Origin: Veleropilina oligotropha
Taxonomy: Eukaryota
Direction: 5' to 3'
Assembly: GCA_048128005.1 (NCBI GenBank)
Contig: JBEUKZ010000058.1
Coordinates: 124,001 to 188,000, forward strand
DNA length: 64,000 bases
Below, piece after piece: positions 25,312-39,287 of the stretch. Position numbers and translations under genes: made by a program. Below the pieces are notes generated by a model, which worked only from the letters and a program-made list of their open reading frames with translations, did not search any database and had not been told where the DNA came from. The stretch's first letter is position 1. Every line of letters begins with the position of its first letter.

Positions 25312-25712
25312 AATGAAGTATCAATTTGAGGAAGAACAAAGGAATATATTTCCCACTCTGCAATGCAACAGTACTGCAGACAAGTTGTAGAAGTAACATT
25401 TCAGTGTTGAAATAGAATACGATTTGGACGTTTATTCAAATAACAGTATTTGAACGAGGTATAACAAAGTATAATTGATGGCATATGTGCACACTGCACT
25501 GTCATCGGAAGAACCCCAGAAACCAATCCTATTGTATTATAGCTAGAGGGTGGGCGACCTGCACCCACAAGCTGAAGCAGGGACCGTATTGGGAACTGCG
25601 TGAAGCGCAGTGGTCAGTACTTTGTACATAAATAATGTTGCTATACTTTGTCACTTTCAAATGCCGTTATTTGAATGAAACGTTAAACTCGTAATCTACC
25701 TTGTTCGGGATA

Positions 25713-25943
25713 TGGCCACTTCGGCAGCGCAGTGGGTAAGAGTGTCCACTCTAAATCCGCTGGCTTGATTCCACTAATGCGAACAGTAGTGGGTTCAAGT
25801 TATGAATCACAGTTGTCCGCGACTGGCCGAAGAGGGCGGGTTTACACGGGCGACTGGGGTTTTCTCCCGCGATAACATGGACATGTCCTGCCTTGAACCT
25901 CGATGTTGTAAATATACAGGATATTAAGCATCATTCCTCCCTC
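25713..25943 (+). mobile_element. SINE family A copy
   Basis: Homologous to 14080-14336. 14-bp TSD ccttgttcgggata at 25699 and 25944. Confidence 0.8.
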
Positions 25944-26357
25944 CCTTGTTCGGGATACATATCCCGAACGCGATAGATATCTCAATCTCATTATCTGGTT
26001 ATAAAATATATCTGATCAGGATAATTGAAAATGGTATTTTGCAGTCAAATAACAAAAACCGTACAAATGTAAGTATATGAGAGGCAATATAAGTAAATGA
26101 GCAGCTATGGCCCTTAATATAGTGGTGAAAAATGTACATTTATCGGAAATACTACATGTACCGACAAAATTCGGTAATATTTGTGATTTTTTGCAGTTAA
26201 ATTAAAGACCTTGGACAATCGATAAACTTGAAGAGCGATAATCACTGGAGATAAATGAGAGACGTGTTATTGGTAATATAATATGTTCTGTAAGACAATA
26301 GTCATAATTATTTCTTTTTCCACATTACACAACAGTGTTTTCCGATATGTATTGCAG

Positions 26358-26606
26358 GTTATAACAGGTGGAAATTATGACGTGGACATGCAGCTAACGG
26401 GTCCGAACAATCGGATCCTGTACAGTGACGTCAAGAAGCAGTACGACAGTTTCACGTGGACGGCCGACCTCAAAGGCGTCCACCAGTTCTGCTTCAGTAA
26501 CGAATTCTCCACTTTTTCACACAAAATTGTATATTTTGATTTCCAAGTTGGAGACGAAGATCCGTTAACAGAAGATATGGGGAAGGAGCACACGGCCATG
26601 ACTCTG
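26358..26606 (+). CDS. TMED7: TMED7/TMED3-like, exon 2 (GOLD domain)
   Basis: [10 protein letters not shown]...[31 protein letters not shown] bounded, phase 0. Confidence 0.95.
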
Positions 26607-26934
26607 GTGAGATATGAGCGTGGATAAACACGACTGATACTGGCGAACGATGACAACATGCAATTTGTTGATAGATATTGATAAATTATACAAAATATAT
26701 GTCTATATATTGAATGCCATCCTTCTATTGATGTTGGTACATGAGGTGCATTCTTCTAAAAAAATGTCATGAATGTTCAATGAAAATTTAACAATTATCC
26801 ACCTTTTGGTGTCTTGAGACATATGCGGTCAATATACTAGTACATGTATGAGGGAACGTAGCTAAATGCTTAGTGGTTATGATACTGGACCATGACGTTA
26901 GGTATCTGAGATAGAGTCCCGGGAGGGAGCGACG

Positions 26935-27152
26935 GCGGCAGGTGAGTGGTTAGCGTGTCGGACTCTAAACCGGAGCTGTTAGTTGTTCTCTGGTTCGAAG
27001 CCATCGGCGGTTCGTTCTATCGCTAAAAATAATAGAAGGCATATTCCTAATGTGTGTCGGTCAGATCGGAGTGAGATCTTAAACCGGGTGCCCAACTACG
27101 ATACGGCTGAAAAATTGCCGAAAGTGGTCGTAAAACAATGTTGCCAACCAAG
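26935..27152 (+). mobile_element. SINE family B copy
   Basis: GTGGTTAGCG A-box-like, GGTTCGAAGCC B-box, tail shared with 14590-14800. Confidence 0.6.
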
Positions 27153-27812
27153 CAGATTCCCGGCAGTGCTGAAAATTTGTCACAGGTATAGCTTGACAAT
27201 TTGTCTACATTGCACACAGTATCCGTCTGTCGGATGAGACGTTAACCCCGTGACCCCGACTACAGATACGACTGAAATAATGTTAAAATGTGGTCGTGAC
27301 CCTGACTACAGGTACGACTGAAATAATGTTAAAATGTGGTCGTAGACTGAACTGTTTCAAATATAATCATATCATCCTCTGTGATCCAGTAGTATAAAAA
27401 AGTTTCCTATTATAATCAAAAGATGGAATTTGTTTTGGTCGCTCAGTCTATATTATAATATAATATTATAGAAATGTCACCTATAGATGTCTTTTGGTGT
27501 TAACCAATAACCATATCAAATATTTGCATACTACCAAAAGTTACGATTACAGAGATGAACTCTCAGATGACTGAATATGGAATGATAGAATCCCATTCTG
27601 ATCAGCGGACACAATCGGTGCACATGCAATCTTATTACCGTCCTCTCACAAGAGAAATCGCCATGATGGCATTGATCAATTTGAAAGTTCCTGTTTATTT
27701 GTAATACAGGAAAAGCATCCATGTCGCTATAATTATGTTCATAAAGCTAGCAAAATCATTTTGACATGATATAAATGGGCTAAATACTTACAAATTTTGT
27801 TATTCTTCACAG

Positions 27813-28055
27813 ATGGAGTCCGCGTCAGTCGATATCCACGAGTCTCTGAAGTCGATTCTGGATTATCAGACGCATTTTCGATTGAGGGAGACTCAGGGCC
27901 GGAGCTTCGCGGAGGATCTCAACGTGCGCGTCATGATCTGGTCCGTCGGCGAGTCCATCCTAGTCCTGGTCATCGGAATCGGACAGGTGCTAGCGCTGCG
28001 CAGCTTTTTCACCGATAAACGACAAGTTTCCACTTCCGGTTACACTAAGTCTTGA
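27813..28055 (+). CDS. TMED7: TMED7/TMED3-like, exon 3 (coiled coil, TM helix, FF motif tail)
   Basis: [21 protein letters not shown]...[14 protein letters not shown]...stop. ttcacag acceptor. Confidence 0.95.
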   Translation: MESASVDIHESLKSILDYQTHFRLRETQGRSFAEDLNVRVMIWSVGESILVLVIGIGQVLALRSFFTDKRQVSTSGYTKS

Positions 28056-29503
28056 CCAAGTATAACTAGTTTAGTTTATTCTATTATCAGAGCAAGAGAT
28101 ATCTGTATTTTTGTGTAACACTGCAGTCAAAACATCAAAGGGCATGGATAACATTGTCCAAACTTCAAGCTCATTAAACACATCTTGAAAAATTATGGTA
28201 ATTGAAATTATTAAAACTTGCTTGATGAAAAGTGGCTGCTCAGAGACCACAGAAAAGTGTGGTAAGATAAAATCTATCAAAATGTCCAAGATTTATAAAA
28301 TGAATGTCTACTTTATAAACATGATAATAGCTTTGTTGATGTCATCTTTGTTTTGTATCTCTCCATAATGCATACTGCAGTACTGCTCCTGTGAGTATTA
28401 ATTCTATTGGTGACCTTGAGATCGTGTGAAGGTCACCATTGTCAGCATCATCTACATCAGCTGTATATGTGGCTAGCTCAAGGCACTGTTTATGTTCATA
28501 TTATATAAGACTAGTGTTAAATCAGTTAAAATCCGGTGTATATGCATGTTGGACTAGGTGTATATGCATGTTGGACTAGCTATTCTGTTATTGTATATGC
28601 ATGTTGGACTAGCTATTCTGTTATTTTCTTGTTGCTGATATCAAATGATGTGAAATGATCTAGAAAAAATGTAATTATTTAAAACATCCATTTACAGATA
28701 CATGTCGTTGTTTTATCACATACATGTATGTTTTATACAATAAGATATGACCATATATATCTGCCCTCAAGAACATTGTATAGAAAATCAATGGGATTGA
28801 GTTAGTTTTCAATATGAGCGTGGCTAATAATGTGTTGTGTTCTCAATGGTACAAATAGTATTCATACTCATGCAGGTGATCCCACAATTTATTGTGGTTC
28901 TTGTTCAAGTATGCATCATACACCGTACAGTAGGAAGCAATTTGAAAGGTGTGCGACCAAAACGGCAGATGCAATGCCAGGACTAAAAAGAATGCTGATT
29001 TAACTTAAACATAGACTAAAAACTTAAATGTAAACGAAAAAGTGGTGTGAAAAGGTCCCAGCGGTTCGTACGGCCATGATCGATAAATTTTGCATGCGAC
29101 CAGACAGAATTATTCAAACAATTTATAATTTGCAGAGAAGAAATATTCCTTGATTTAAAGATCAAACATGTATAAATAATGCATAGTAAATGTAATAGGT
29201 TTTCTCATTTACAGGACAATATATGTCTTTAATGCTTCTTTCTGGATAAAACAACTGAATTCTTATGTAATCCACTGATATCTCTCCTCCCGTGGTTGCG
29301 ATGTGGGATGTCCATGGCCTATTTCCATCAATTCCTTGCTTTTATTTATGATAAATGCCATTTGTATAAGATTTGTCTTGACATGTGCCGGTGGATTGAT
29401 GAAGTCTTAAACGTTATGGAAATTTTGAAATAGTCATGGAATTTTGCAAGAGATCATGTGTACAAACCCTGCATAAGCATGCTTAATCCTACTGATCTTG
29501 AGC

Positions 29504-29986
29504 AGATCAACTGTAATTCCCCATTTTTTGGCCCGCCTTCTAAAGGCAGGGCTATAGCCGTGGACTGGCGTCCGTCGCCTGATGCTTTCTGTCACATAGA
29601 AGATGAACCGCTGGACTTACTCCTTTCATATTTGGTATACATCTTATATACCATCAGGCCTAGCCCAACTTCAAAGATGGGGTCGCTGGGTCAAAGGTCA
29701 AGGTCATTTTCGTGTATTTCCGTTCTGGCACTTCGAAGATTGCTTTCTGTCACATAGAAGATGAACCGCTGGACCTACAGCTTTCATCTTGGGTATGCAC
29801 CTTGTATACCATCAGGCCTTGGTTAAGTTCAAAAATGGAGTCTCTGGGTCAAAGGTCAAGGTCATTTTCGTGTATTTCCGTTCCAGATGGCACTTTGAAG
29901 ATATAGAGTTATTGATTATTTTCCTCTCTATGGATTTAAATTATATATCCAAAAGGCGGGCCTGTATGAGGATTATACCTCTAGTT
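29504..29986 (+). mobile_element. HINE-like element with ~2 internal ~156-bp repeats
   Basis: TTTTTTGGCCCGCCT...AGGCGGGCC inverted motif, ggtcaaaggtcaaggtca units, 3' hairpin and CTAGTT. Confidence 0.6.
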
Positions 29987-30042
29987 TTGGTTTACTGTTA
30001 AATAAACCTTATATAATACTATCACCAATCTTGTCAGACGAG

Positions 30043-30293
30043 GGCTGCTTCGGCAGCGCAGTGGGTAAGAGTGCCCACTTGAAATTCACTGGCTTGATAC
30101 CGCGAATGCGAACAATACCTGGCTGAGGCATTGACATTTGTTCAAGTTATGAATCACAGTTGTCCGCGACTGGCCGAAGAGGGCGGGTTTACCCGGGCGA
30201 CCGGGGTTTCCTCCCGCGATAACACGGACATGTCCTGCCTTGAACCTCGATGTTGTAAATATACAGGACATTAAACATCATTCCTCCTCCTCC
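30043..30293 (+). mobile_element. SINE family A copy (a further degenerate reversed fragment at ~49275-49405)
   Basis: Near-identical body to 25713-25943. Confidence 0.8.
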
Positions 30294-32884
30294 TGGTCAG
30301 ACAAATGTATGCTGTTACGAATAAAATCAACGATTCCTGGGAGAATATATTCGTACGTCCAGAAAGTAACTTGTTTACCCCAATAACTTCTGTTACCCTA
30401 CTTTGATTTTCATACTACGAACAGTAAGAATCCATCCTAGGAAAGCTTATACATCATAGTTTAATAGGAATGCTGTGCATCCAGACCATGTTTAATAGGA
30501 ATGCTGTGCATCCAGACCATGTTTGGATTGTCTGGTTTGGCTGTTATACAGAGGCTCTGTAGCCTAGATTCAGCTGCTCGGACCGTGATGTTTATCGCTT
30601 GCTGGAGCATTAACGAGAAGATTGTGTGTGTTAGTCGAGTATGAGTGATGGATCATAATCATGCCAACAAGGAGAGGCAGTTCGGCGGAGGATGCACTCT
30701 TACTTCACAATTGCATCGTACTAATCATATTATATGACATTATGTATATTTTTCTCTTGTGCAAATTCAGGCCCATTTCTATGGAATGTTACAAGGTGTG
30801 TAAATAAATATTTTTATTTACCATGATGGTTGTGTCTGGATGATGCAATAGTGATGATGTAGTTACATGTACATTTTGAGGGGTTTTATTATGGCTTTGG
30901 CAGACATTGCACAATCAGAGGTCAAGATGACCTACCGCTGTCATGTGGTAAGATCGTTGTGATGTCACTCTGGACGAAAGGAATGATGGTTGTGCAAACT
31001 CTGCAAATGAAGCAATCAACACTCAAAAATTATACATGTAATTATACAATTATTAATAGTTTTATTGTTTGTCATATTTTTCAATTATAATTATTGTTGT
31101 ATGACATTACTGAATGAATGAAATTAGTAAAAATATTTTCCTATTTTATCATTTTTATATGCATGTGTTTGTCATTTCAGTTGACATTTTTGTTGTACAA
31201 AGGTGTAACTTAATTATTATTTGTCAGGGACTGAATTTAAAGTTTTGTAAAATGTTTTGTGTTTTCAATCAAACTTTATAACATTTAGGTGATCATTGAG
31301 CATTTATATTGCAATGATAAGTTGTAGATATCTTTGACGTATTACTTATTAAAATTTATCTCTTTCGTGTTTTGCATCACTTAGCTTCAGAACAGCGTTT
31401 GTGTATGTGCACGTAGCTACGCAGCCAACACTGCCAGACTGCTATACTGTATAAATATCCTAGTCCACACTAGTACTGCAGCAACTACGCTGTATAGACA
31501 TCATAGCCAACACTGCTGTTGTTTTCATACTTTATATAGCTATGTACAATGGATTGCTCAGTACGCAAATGTTATTGGCTATCTTGAACGCTTCAATTGT
31601 TGTTAATGGTATGATATGTACTCGACAAAACTGATTGGAGCATGTTGCTGAATGTATAGGCTGAGGCTAGAGAAATGCGTATCATTTATAAAATGTTATA
31701 TTGTATATTTGAACAAGTTGATTCATCTTCTGTGATCTGCTACAAATCAAATGCGTGTCGCATAAGTCTCCCTCCAAATGCATTTTTTGACGCATGTACA
31801 CATGTGCGCATGACAATGGAATTTTTATTTTGATGGTGGAGCACATGGTATAAAGATTGTAGAATTAGTCTGATCAAGTTTTCATGTACGAACTGCAGGA
31901 ATTATCAACGACCACATTGTTACGCCCTATATGCATGACACATCGATATCATGTTAACATCTTGTGATGGTAGATTCACTGCCCTGTCTAACAGACGTGC
32001 GTCCAAACCTCCGATGAGGCAGTGGCATATTTGTTCAGTTACCAGTCACAGTTGTCCATAACTGGGCGACCGCGATAATTTGGATATTTCTTGGTATGTT
32101 AAAAACAGGACATTAAGCGTCGATCCAAACCAATCCATCTAACGCTAAATATATTTCAATTTATATTGAACATGGTGCTGTGATTTGTATACAATGTCTG
32201 TGTTTGATAGCGCTTGGCCGACATGCGTGGTGTATAGTGCCATTTCTGCTATCGTTCATACGTTGCAGTTTAATATGTTCTTGCCGTTTGCTGTGTAAAT
32301 ATAGTATGTGTTACATTTCTTTGTAACAATGTATACTTGGCATGAAATAGCTTGACAATGTGTAAAAAAAGGCATGAATAATAAAGGATGTAATATACTA
32401 GTATCTTATTTACAAATATTTTTATTGTTATACGACTGGATTTTTTGCCTACTATCATTGACCAAATGTCAATCATGTGACATTGGTTATGACGTTAGGT
32501 CACTATGACAAATCCGTTGACCTGTTCTACTCTGATTGGCCAGAAGACGGTCACGTGGTCACTCGCCAGGTCAATATAACAAATCCGTTGACTTCTGCTC
32601 TCATTGGTTAGCTGTCGCATCCATCGACTTGTTCTGCTTCCGTTGGATAGAATTCGATATTCTGTGATGCAGCCTGTTAATTACTGTAAACATGAGTGGA
32701 GTAGGGATTAGTAACTGTTGATGTCATATAACAATACAATTATTGATTGCTCTTTCGTTGGATGTAATGAATCTTGATTTATCCACCTCAGAAAGTGATA
32801 TTTACCTCGTTGCATATAACTTTCGTTGGTGGATAAATCATGATATTCATCGGAAAAACAGTCAATAATTGTATAACGTTAGCA

Positions 32885-34360
32885 GTAAACGAGAGCACAG
32901 TAATGGTACATTACATTCTACCCCGCCCGAATTAAGGGGGATAACTGTGGACATATTTGTCGAATTCGACATTGATCTCCATGCTGATATTTGAAACACT
33001 GCCAACAGATTTGAACAACATCCGATGCACGGTTATGATGATAATTGAAGGAAACTTAAATGTCAATGAGAGCAAAGTAATGGTACATTACATTATACCC
33101 CGCCTGTATTAAGGGGAACAACTGTGGACAAATGAAGGAATCAAAATGTTTGTCGAAAAGGGGGATAACTGCAGAAATATTTGTCAAAATTCTGGCAGAA
33201 TCGAACTTGACCTCAGAGCTATTACTTACAATACTGTCATAAATTTGAACGATATCCGATGTGCAGTTCAGAACATGTTGGAAACTAAATGTTTGTCGAA
33301 AAGGGGGGATAACTGCAAATATTTGTAGAAATTGTGCCAAAATCGAACTTGGCCTCAAGAGGTATTATTAGCAACACAGAAGATTTGATCAACATTCGAT
33401 GCGCGGTTCTGAAGATAATTGACGAAAACCAAATTTGTATGTAGCAAAAGGGGGGATAACTCTAGTAATACGTGTCGAAATTCTGCTGAAATAGAACTTG
33501 ACCTCCGATGTATTTTTTCCAACACAGTCATAAGACTTGACTAACATCCGATGAGCGGTTCTGAAGATTATTGACGGAAACCAACTTTTTGACAAAAAAG
33601 GGGGGTAACTCTGGTAATAATTGTCAAAATTCTGCTGAAATCTAACTTGACCTAGAAGATATTGTGCAACACAGTCTGAGATTTGAACAGCATCCGATGC
33701 ACGGTGGTGAAGATAATTGACGGAAATCAAATTTTGTCGAAAAAGGGGGATAACTCCGGTATTATTTCTGGAAATTCTGCTGAAATCTAACTTGACCTCA
33801 GAGCTATTATTTGCAACATAGTGATAAGATTTGAACATCAACCAATTTGCAGTTCTGAAGAGAATTGTCGGAAACCGAATTGTCGAAAATGGGGGATAAC
33901 TCTGGTAATATTTGTCGAAATTCTTTTGAAATCAAACTTGACCTCGGAGCTATTATTTGGAACACAATCATAAGATTTGAACAAGATCTGATTCACGGTT
34001 CTGAAGATAATTGACAGAAACCAAATTTTCATGTCGAAAATGGGGGATAACTGGTAATATTTGTCGAAATTTCGCTGAAATCGAACTTGACCTCCGCATT
34101 ATCATTTCCAACATAATCACAAAATTTGAAGAACATCCGATGTGCGGCTCTCAACATAATTGACGGAAACCATGGACGGACGACCGAGGGTATAACATAA
34201 TACCACGCCACATAAATGTGGCGGGGTATAAAAAGGGGGATAACTGTGGAAATATTTGTCGCAATTCTGGCGGAATCGAACTTGACATGTCGAAATTGTG
34301 CCAAAATGGAACTTGACCCACGTGATACTATTTGCAACAGTCACAATATGAGAAGACAAG
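32885..34360 (-). repeat. diverged ~165-bp satellite array inside HINE-like element(s)
   Basis: Recurrent aagggggataactctg...gaaatcgaacttgacctc units. Hairpin ataccacgccacataaatgtggcggggtat and GACGGACG near 34175-34230. Confidence 0.7.
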
Positions 34361-34749
34361 ATGAATAAATCACAAATATCGCAGATTTATTGACTATTTT
34401 TCAAAAACAAAAGCATGATTGCAACACCCATACTATAAAGCATATAATAAATACAATTTGATCGCAACTAGAGCAAACAAATTTAACGGTACAGAAAGGT
34501 TTCTGTTTACATCGACTTAATTAGCAATGAAAAGACCATAAATTGTCTTCTATGAAATATACCGGTAATGTAATGAACATATTTTTATTTAGATCCTCTT
34601 AGAAATATTTGAATAATGAAATCCAATCTTCGTTATGCACGCCAACTGAGAATGTTATTTCGTAACACATTACTGCTGTACCAGGAAAAACATCTTTCAA
34701 CCTTAGTTTGAATCGTTGATTTGATGCTTATAATAATATTAATACTCCG

Positions 34750-35087
34750 GTCTTATATAGCGCATTACTACGCTAATGTCTCGATGTGCTGAACATTATT
34801 ACCCCTGGTTATGGGCCTGTTCCACTCGATATGCCATCTCAACTCCCTCTGGGAGCATTAGTCATTTACACGCGGGTAGCGCCGTGACTGACATAACTGC
34901 CAACCACGTACCCATTCAGATCGGCTGGGTGAACCGAGGCAAATATATGCTTATTTCCTTGCCCAAGTGAAATCGCCGAGCTTTGGGGGCGAACCCGGGC
35001 TCTGTGACCAGAGTCCTGTGAACACCCCACTGAGCCACGACGGCGTGACCAGAGTCCTGTGAACACCCCACTGAGCCACGACGGCGC
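34750..35087 (-). mobile_element. tRNA-derived SINE with CORE-like domain and duplicated 5' head
   Basis: Minus strand: CGTGGCTCAGTGG (twice), GGGTTCGCCCCC, then cttgggcaagg...cacccagc...aatgggtac. Confidence 0.55.
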
Positions 35088-35154
35088 ATCGTTCAGGGTC
35101 ATTTTCATATTAATTATCGAGGGATGAAAACACGGCCAAGCTGTGACTGTTGAT

Positions 35155-36997
35155 TATACAGGTGCCCCGCCGAGGACCCGAACCCAGGACCAGAGCCCAG
35201 GACCCGAACCCAGGACCCGAGCCCAGGACCCGAGCCCAGGACCCGAACCCAGGACTAGAGGTGCCCCGCGGAGGACCCGAGCCGAGGACCCGAGCCGAGG
35301 ACTCGAACCCAGGACTACAGGTGCCCCGCGGAGGACCCGAGCCGAGGACTACAGGTGCCCCGCAGGTGCCCCGCCGAGGACCCGAGCCGAGGACCCGAAC
35401 CGAGGACTACAGGTGCCCCGCCGAGGACCCGAGCCGAGGACTACAGGTGCCCCGCCGAGGACCCGAACCCAGGACCCGAGCCGAGGACTACAGGTGCCCT
35501 GCCGAGGACCCGAACCGAGGACTACAGGTGCCCCGCCGAGGACCCGAGCCGAGGACTACAGGTGCCCCGCCGAGGACCCGAACCCAGGACCCGAGCCGAG
35601 GACTACAGGTGCCCCGCCGAGGACCCGAGCCCAGGACTACAGGTGCCCCGCCGAGGACCCGAGCCGAGGACCCGAACCCAGGACTACAGGTGCCCCGCAG
35701 AGGACCCGAACCCAGGACTACAGCTGAGGACTCGAACCGAGGACTACAGGTGCCCCGCAGAGGACCCGAACCGAGGACCCGAGCAGAGGACCCGAACCCA
35801 GGACTACAGGTGCCCCGCCGAGGACCCGAGCCGAGGACCCGAACCGAGGACTACAGGTGCCCCGCAGAGGACCCGAACCCAGGACCCGAGCCGAGGACTA
35901 CAGGTGCCCCGCCAAGGACCCGAGCCCAGGACTACAGGTGCCCCGCCGAGGACCAGAGCCGAGGACTCGAACCCAGGACTACAGGTGCCCCGCGGAGGAC
36001 CCGAGCCGAGGACTACAGGTGCCCCGCCGAGGACCCGAACCGAGGACTACAGGTGCCCCGCCGAGGACCCGAACCGAGGACCAGAGCCGAGGACTACAGG
36101 TGCCCCGCGGAGGACCCGAGCCGAGGACTACAGGTGCCCCGCCGAGGACCCGAGCCGAGGACCAGAGCCGAGGACTACAGGTGCCCCGCCGAGGACCAGA
36201 GCCGAGGACTACAGGTGCCCCGCCGAGGACCCGAACCCAGGACCCGAGCCGAGGACCCGAACCGAGGACTACAGGTGCCCCGCCGAGGACCCGAGCCGAG
36301 GACCCGAACCGAGGACCCGAACCCAGGACTACAGGTGAGGACTCGAACCCAGGACTACAGGTGCCCCGCCGAGGACCCGAACCCAGGACCCGAGCCGAGG
36401 ACCCGAACCGAGGACTACAGGTGCCCCGCAGAGGACCAGGACCCGGACCGAGGACTACAGGTGCCCCGCCGAGGACCCGAACCCAGGACCAGAGCCGAGG
36501 ACCCGAACCCAGGACCAGAGCCGAGGACCCGAGCCGAAGACCCGAACCCAGGACCCGAGCCGAGGACCCGAACCCAGGACCCGAGCAGAGGACCCGAACC
36601 CAGGACCCGAGCCGAGGACCCGAGCCGAGGACCCGAACCCAGGACCAGAGCCGAGGACCCGAACCCAGGACCCGAGCCGAGGACCCGAGCCGAGGACCCG
36701 AACCCAGGACCCGAGCCGAGGACCCGAACCCAGGACCAGAGCCGAGGACCCGAACCCAGGACCAGAGCCGAGGACCCGAACCCAGGACCAGAGCCGAGGA
36801 CCCGAGCCGAGGACCCGAACCCAGGACCAGAGCCGAGGACCAGAGCCGAGGACCAGAGCCGAGGACCCGAGCCGAGGACCCGAACCCAGGACCAGAGCCG
36901 AGGACCCGAACCCAGGACCAGAGCCGAGGACCCGAACCCAGGACCCGAGCCGAGGACTAGAGCCGAGGACCCGAACCCAGGACCCGAGCAGAGGACT
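35155..36997. repeat. GC-rich compound minisatellite (13-bp and 21-bp units)
   Basis: Mix of gaggacccgagcc / caggacccgaacc and gaggactacaggtgccccgcc. Confidence 0.95.
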
Positions 36998-37042
36998 AAA
37001 CAAGGATTGTTGATCAGATCAGTCATGGGAGCGAGTTGGGAG

Positions 37043-37504
37043 CAACCATATGGGCTCGGTGAATGCTGCCAATGGGAGCATGCTCCTGGCCAGTACACCA
37101 CCGTGCCCCCCACGCAACCATATGGGCTCAGTGAATGCTGCCAATGGGAGAATGCTCCTGGCCAGTACACCACCGTGCCCCCCACACAACCATATGGGCT
37201 CGGTGAATGCTGCCAATGGGAGCATGCTCCTGGCCAGTACACCACCGTGCCCCCCACGCAACCATATGGGCTCAGTGAATGCTGCCAATGGGAGAATGCT
37301 CCTGGCCAGTACACCACCGTGCCCCCCACACAACCATATGGGCTCGGTGAATGCTGCCAATGGGAGCATGGTCCTGGCCAGTACACCACCGTGCACCCCA
37401 CACAACCATATGGGCTCGGTGAATGCTGCCAATGGGAGCATGGTCCTGGCCAGTACACCACCGTGCCCCCCGCACAACCATATGGGCTCGGTGAATGCTG
37501 CCAA
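37043..37504. repeat. 72-bp minisatellite (~6.4 copies)
   Basis: caaccatatgggctc...ccgtgcccccca units. Confidence 0.95.
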
Positions 37505-38356
37505 GTGATACCATTTTCGGTCATAAATTGCGTTTCGACACATCAATGAATAATGTCACACGTGATGCGGTGTGCAAGGCGTGCAGCACTTCTTGACACA
37601 TTAACCGACCTACGGTGCAGGTGAGTATGCCTAGCCCATACCAATAATATCACAATCACCATGTGACCACTAGTCTTACTTCCTACTGCTGCGCATGAAA
37701 TAATAATAACGCAGTTGCATACGGTCGGCATGCATGGTTGATCGAGAACATATTTTGATCTAGAACAGCTGGTCAGAGTCACTTCTGGAGGTGGTGGCTC
37801 CCTAAAAAGATGTTATCATGCTATATGGACAGTTTATGGTAAGAGATTGTCATACGCAGGGCATTTGGGTGAGTAAGAGATAGTCATACGCAGCATTTGG
37901 GAGAGTACTAACTCTGTACAATAGTGCATTTGGTGCCATTCTCATGGTCCATAGTCAATTGGACATCGGTCAGGAATGGTGGTACTTTAAATATACTTAG
38001 GTAATGATTGATCAGTAACATGTAGTGTCAGTAATTCAGTGTCCTAATCACTGCTTCTTAGATAAGTTGATCAACAGGTTCAGAAAGATAGTGAGAAATG
38101 CATGGGACCTCGTCATAGTGGTTCACTGGATGCGGTGCGAGTGCCATGTGACTGTATTAATTAGGCACAACACACTGGCTTGGGTTGATTAGAATATAAT
38201 AAGTTTTACATCTGCATTGTAACAATTTTTCAGTCGTATTGTTGGCTGGATTTCTGCTTTATTATATCAGTCCAATCATATGGTTGATTCTGTGTGTGCA
38301 TATATGTGTGTATATCACTGGGATGGAACTCAGATCTCCGGCTCCATCATCCAGGG

Positions 38357-38486
38357 TAGCGACCACTCTCTGCCATACCCACCCCACAAAGAACTACTAT
38401 AGCGACCACTCTGCCATACCCCCCCTACCCCACAAAGAACTAGTATAGCGACCACTCTGCCATACCCCACCCCACAAAGAACTAGT
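38357..38486. repeat. ~45-bp tandem repeat (3 copies)
   Basis: tagcgaccactctgccatacccc...cacaaagaacta. Confidence 0.85.
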
Positions 38487-38561
38487 AACAATAATAGTAA
38501 GTAGTCAGAGTGTGACCCTCGATCCAAGTTTTGCCTCAAAAGTATGGGGCACTTTGGAGCT

Positions 38562-39023
38562 AATGGTCATGGCAGTCCATCATGGAGGCTGGGTGATGGT
38601 CATGGCAGTCCATCATGGAGGTTGGGTGATGGTCACGGCAGTCCATCATGGAGGTTGGGTGATGGTCACGGCAGTCCAACATGGAGGTTGGGTGATGGTC
38701 ACGGCAGTCCATCATGGCGGTTGGGTGATGGTCACGGCAGTCCATCATGGAGGCTGGGTGATGGTCACGGCAGTCCATCATGGAGGTTGGGTGATGGTCA
38801 CGACAGTCCATCATGGAGGTTGGGTGATGGTCACAGCAGTCCATCATGGAGGTTGGGTGATGGTCACAGCAGTCCATCATGGAGGTTGGGTGATGGTCAC
38901 GTCAGTCCATCATGGAGGTTGGGTGATGGTCATGGCAGTCCATCATGGAGGTTGGGTGATGGTCATGGCAGTCCATCATGGAGGTTGGGTTATGGTCACG
39001 TCAGTCCATCACGGCAGTTGGGG
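38562..39023. repeat. 33-bp minisatellite (~14 copies)
   Basis: ggtcacggcagtccatcatggaggttgggtgat. Confidence 0.95.
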
Positions 39024-39287
39024 ATATATTACCAATGTATAACAGATCAAGTAAATGAAATACAAACTTAACAACTATTCATACAAATACTACCTACAAC
39101 ATAGATTCAGAAGTATATTTTTGTTACACTCTGCTATAATGTCTACACACAAGGAATAAAACATGGCAAGATTTTGAGCAATGGAAGAACAAGATAATAT
39201 CACACGTATCAATATGCAACAATTTCTCATAAAATCATAGTCTAAATCATCACATCAACCTCAGATGAAAATATAGGGACCGTCATG

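Noticed and set aside
35143..37549. 799-aa and overlapping ORFs (collagen- or mucin-like)
   Set aside because: They are open in several frames and on both strands only because the repeat units lack stop codons. No splice or domain support.
38512..39071. His/Gly-rich or prion-like repeat protein
   Set aside because: A 33-bp minisatellite open in multiple frames, with no gene structure.
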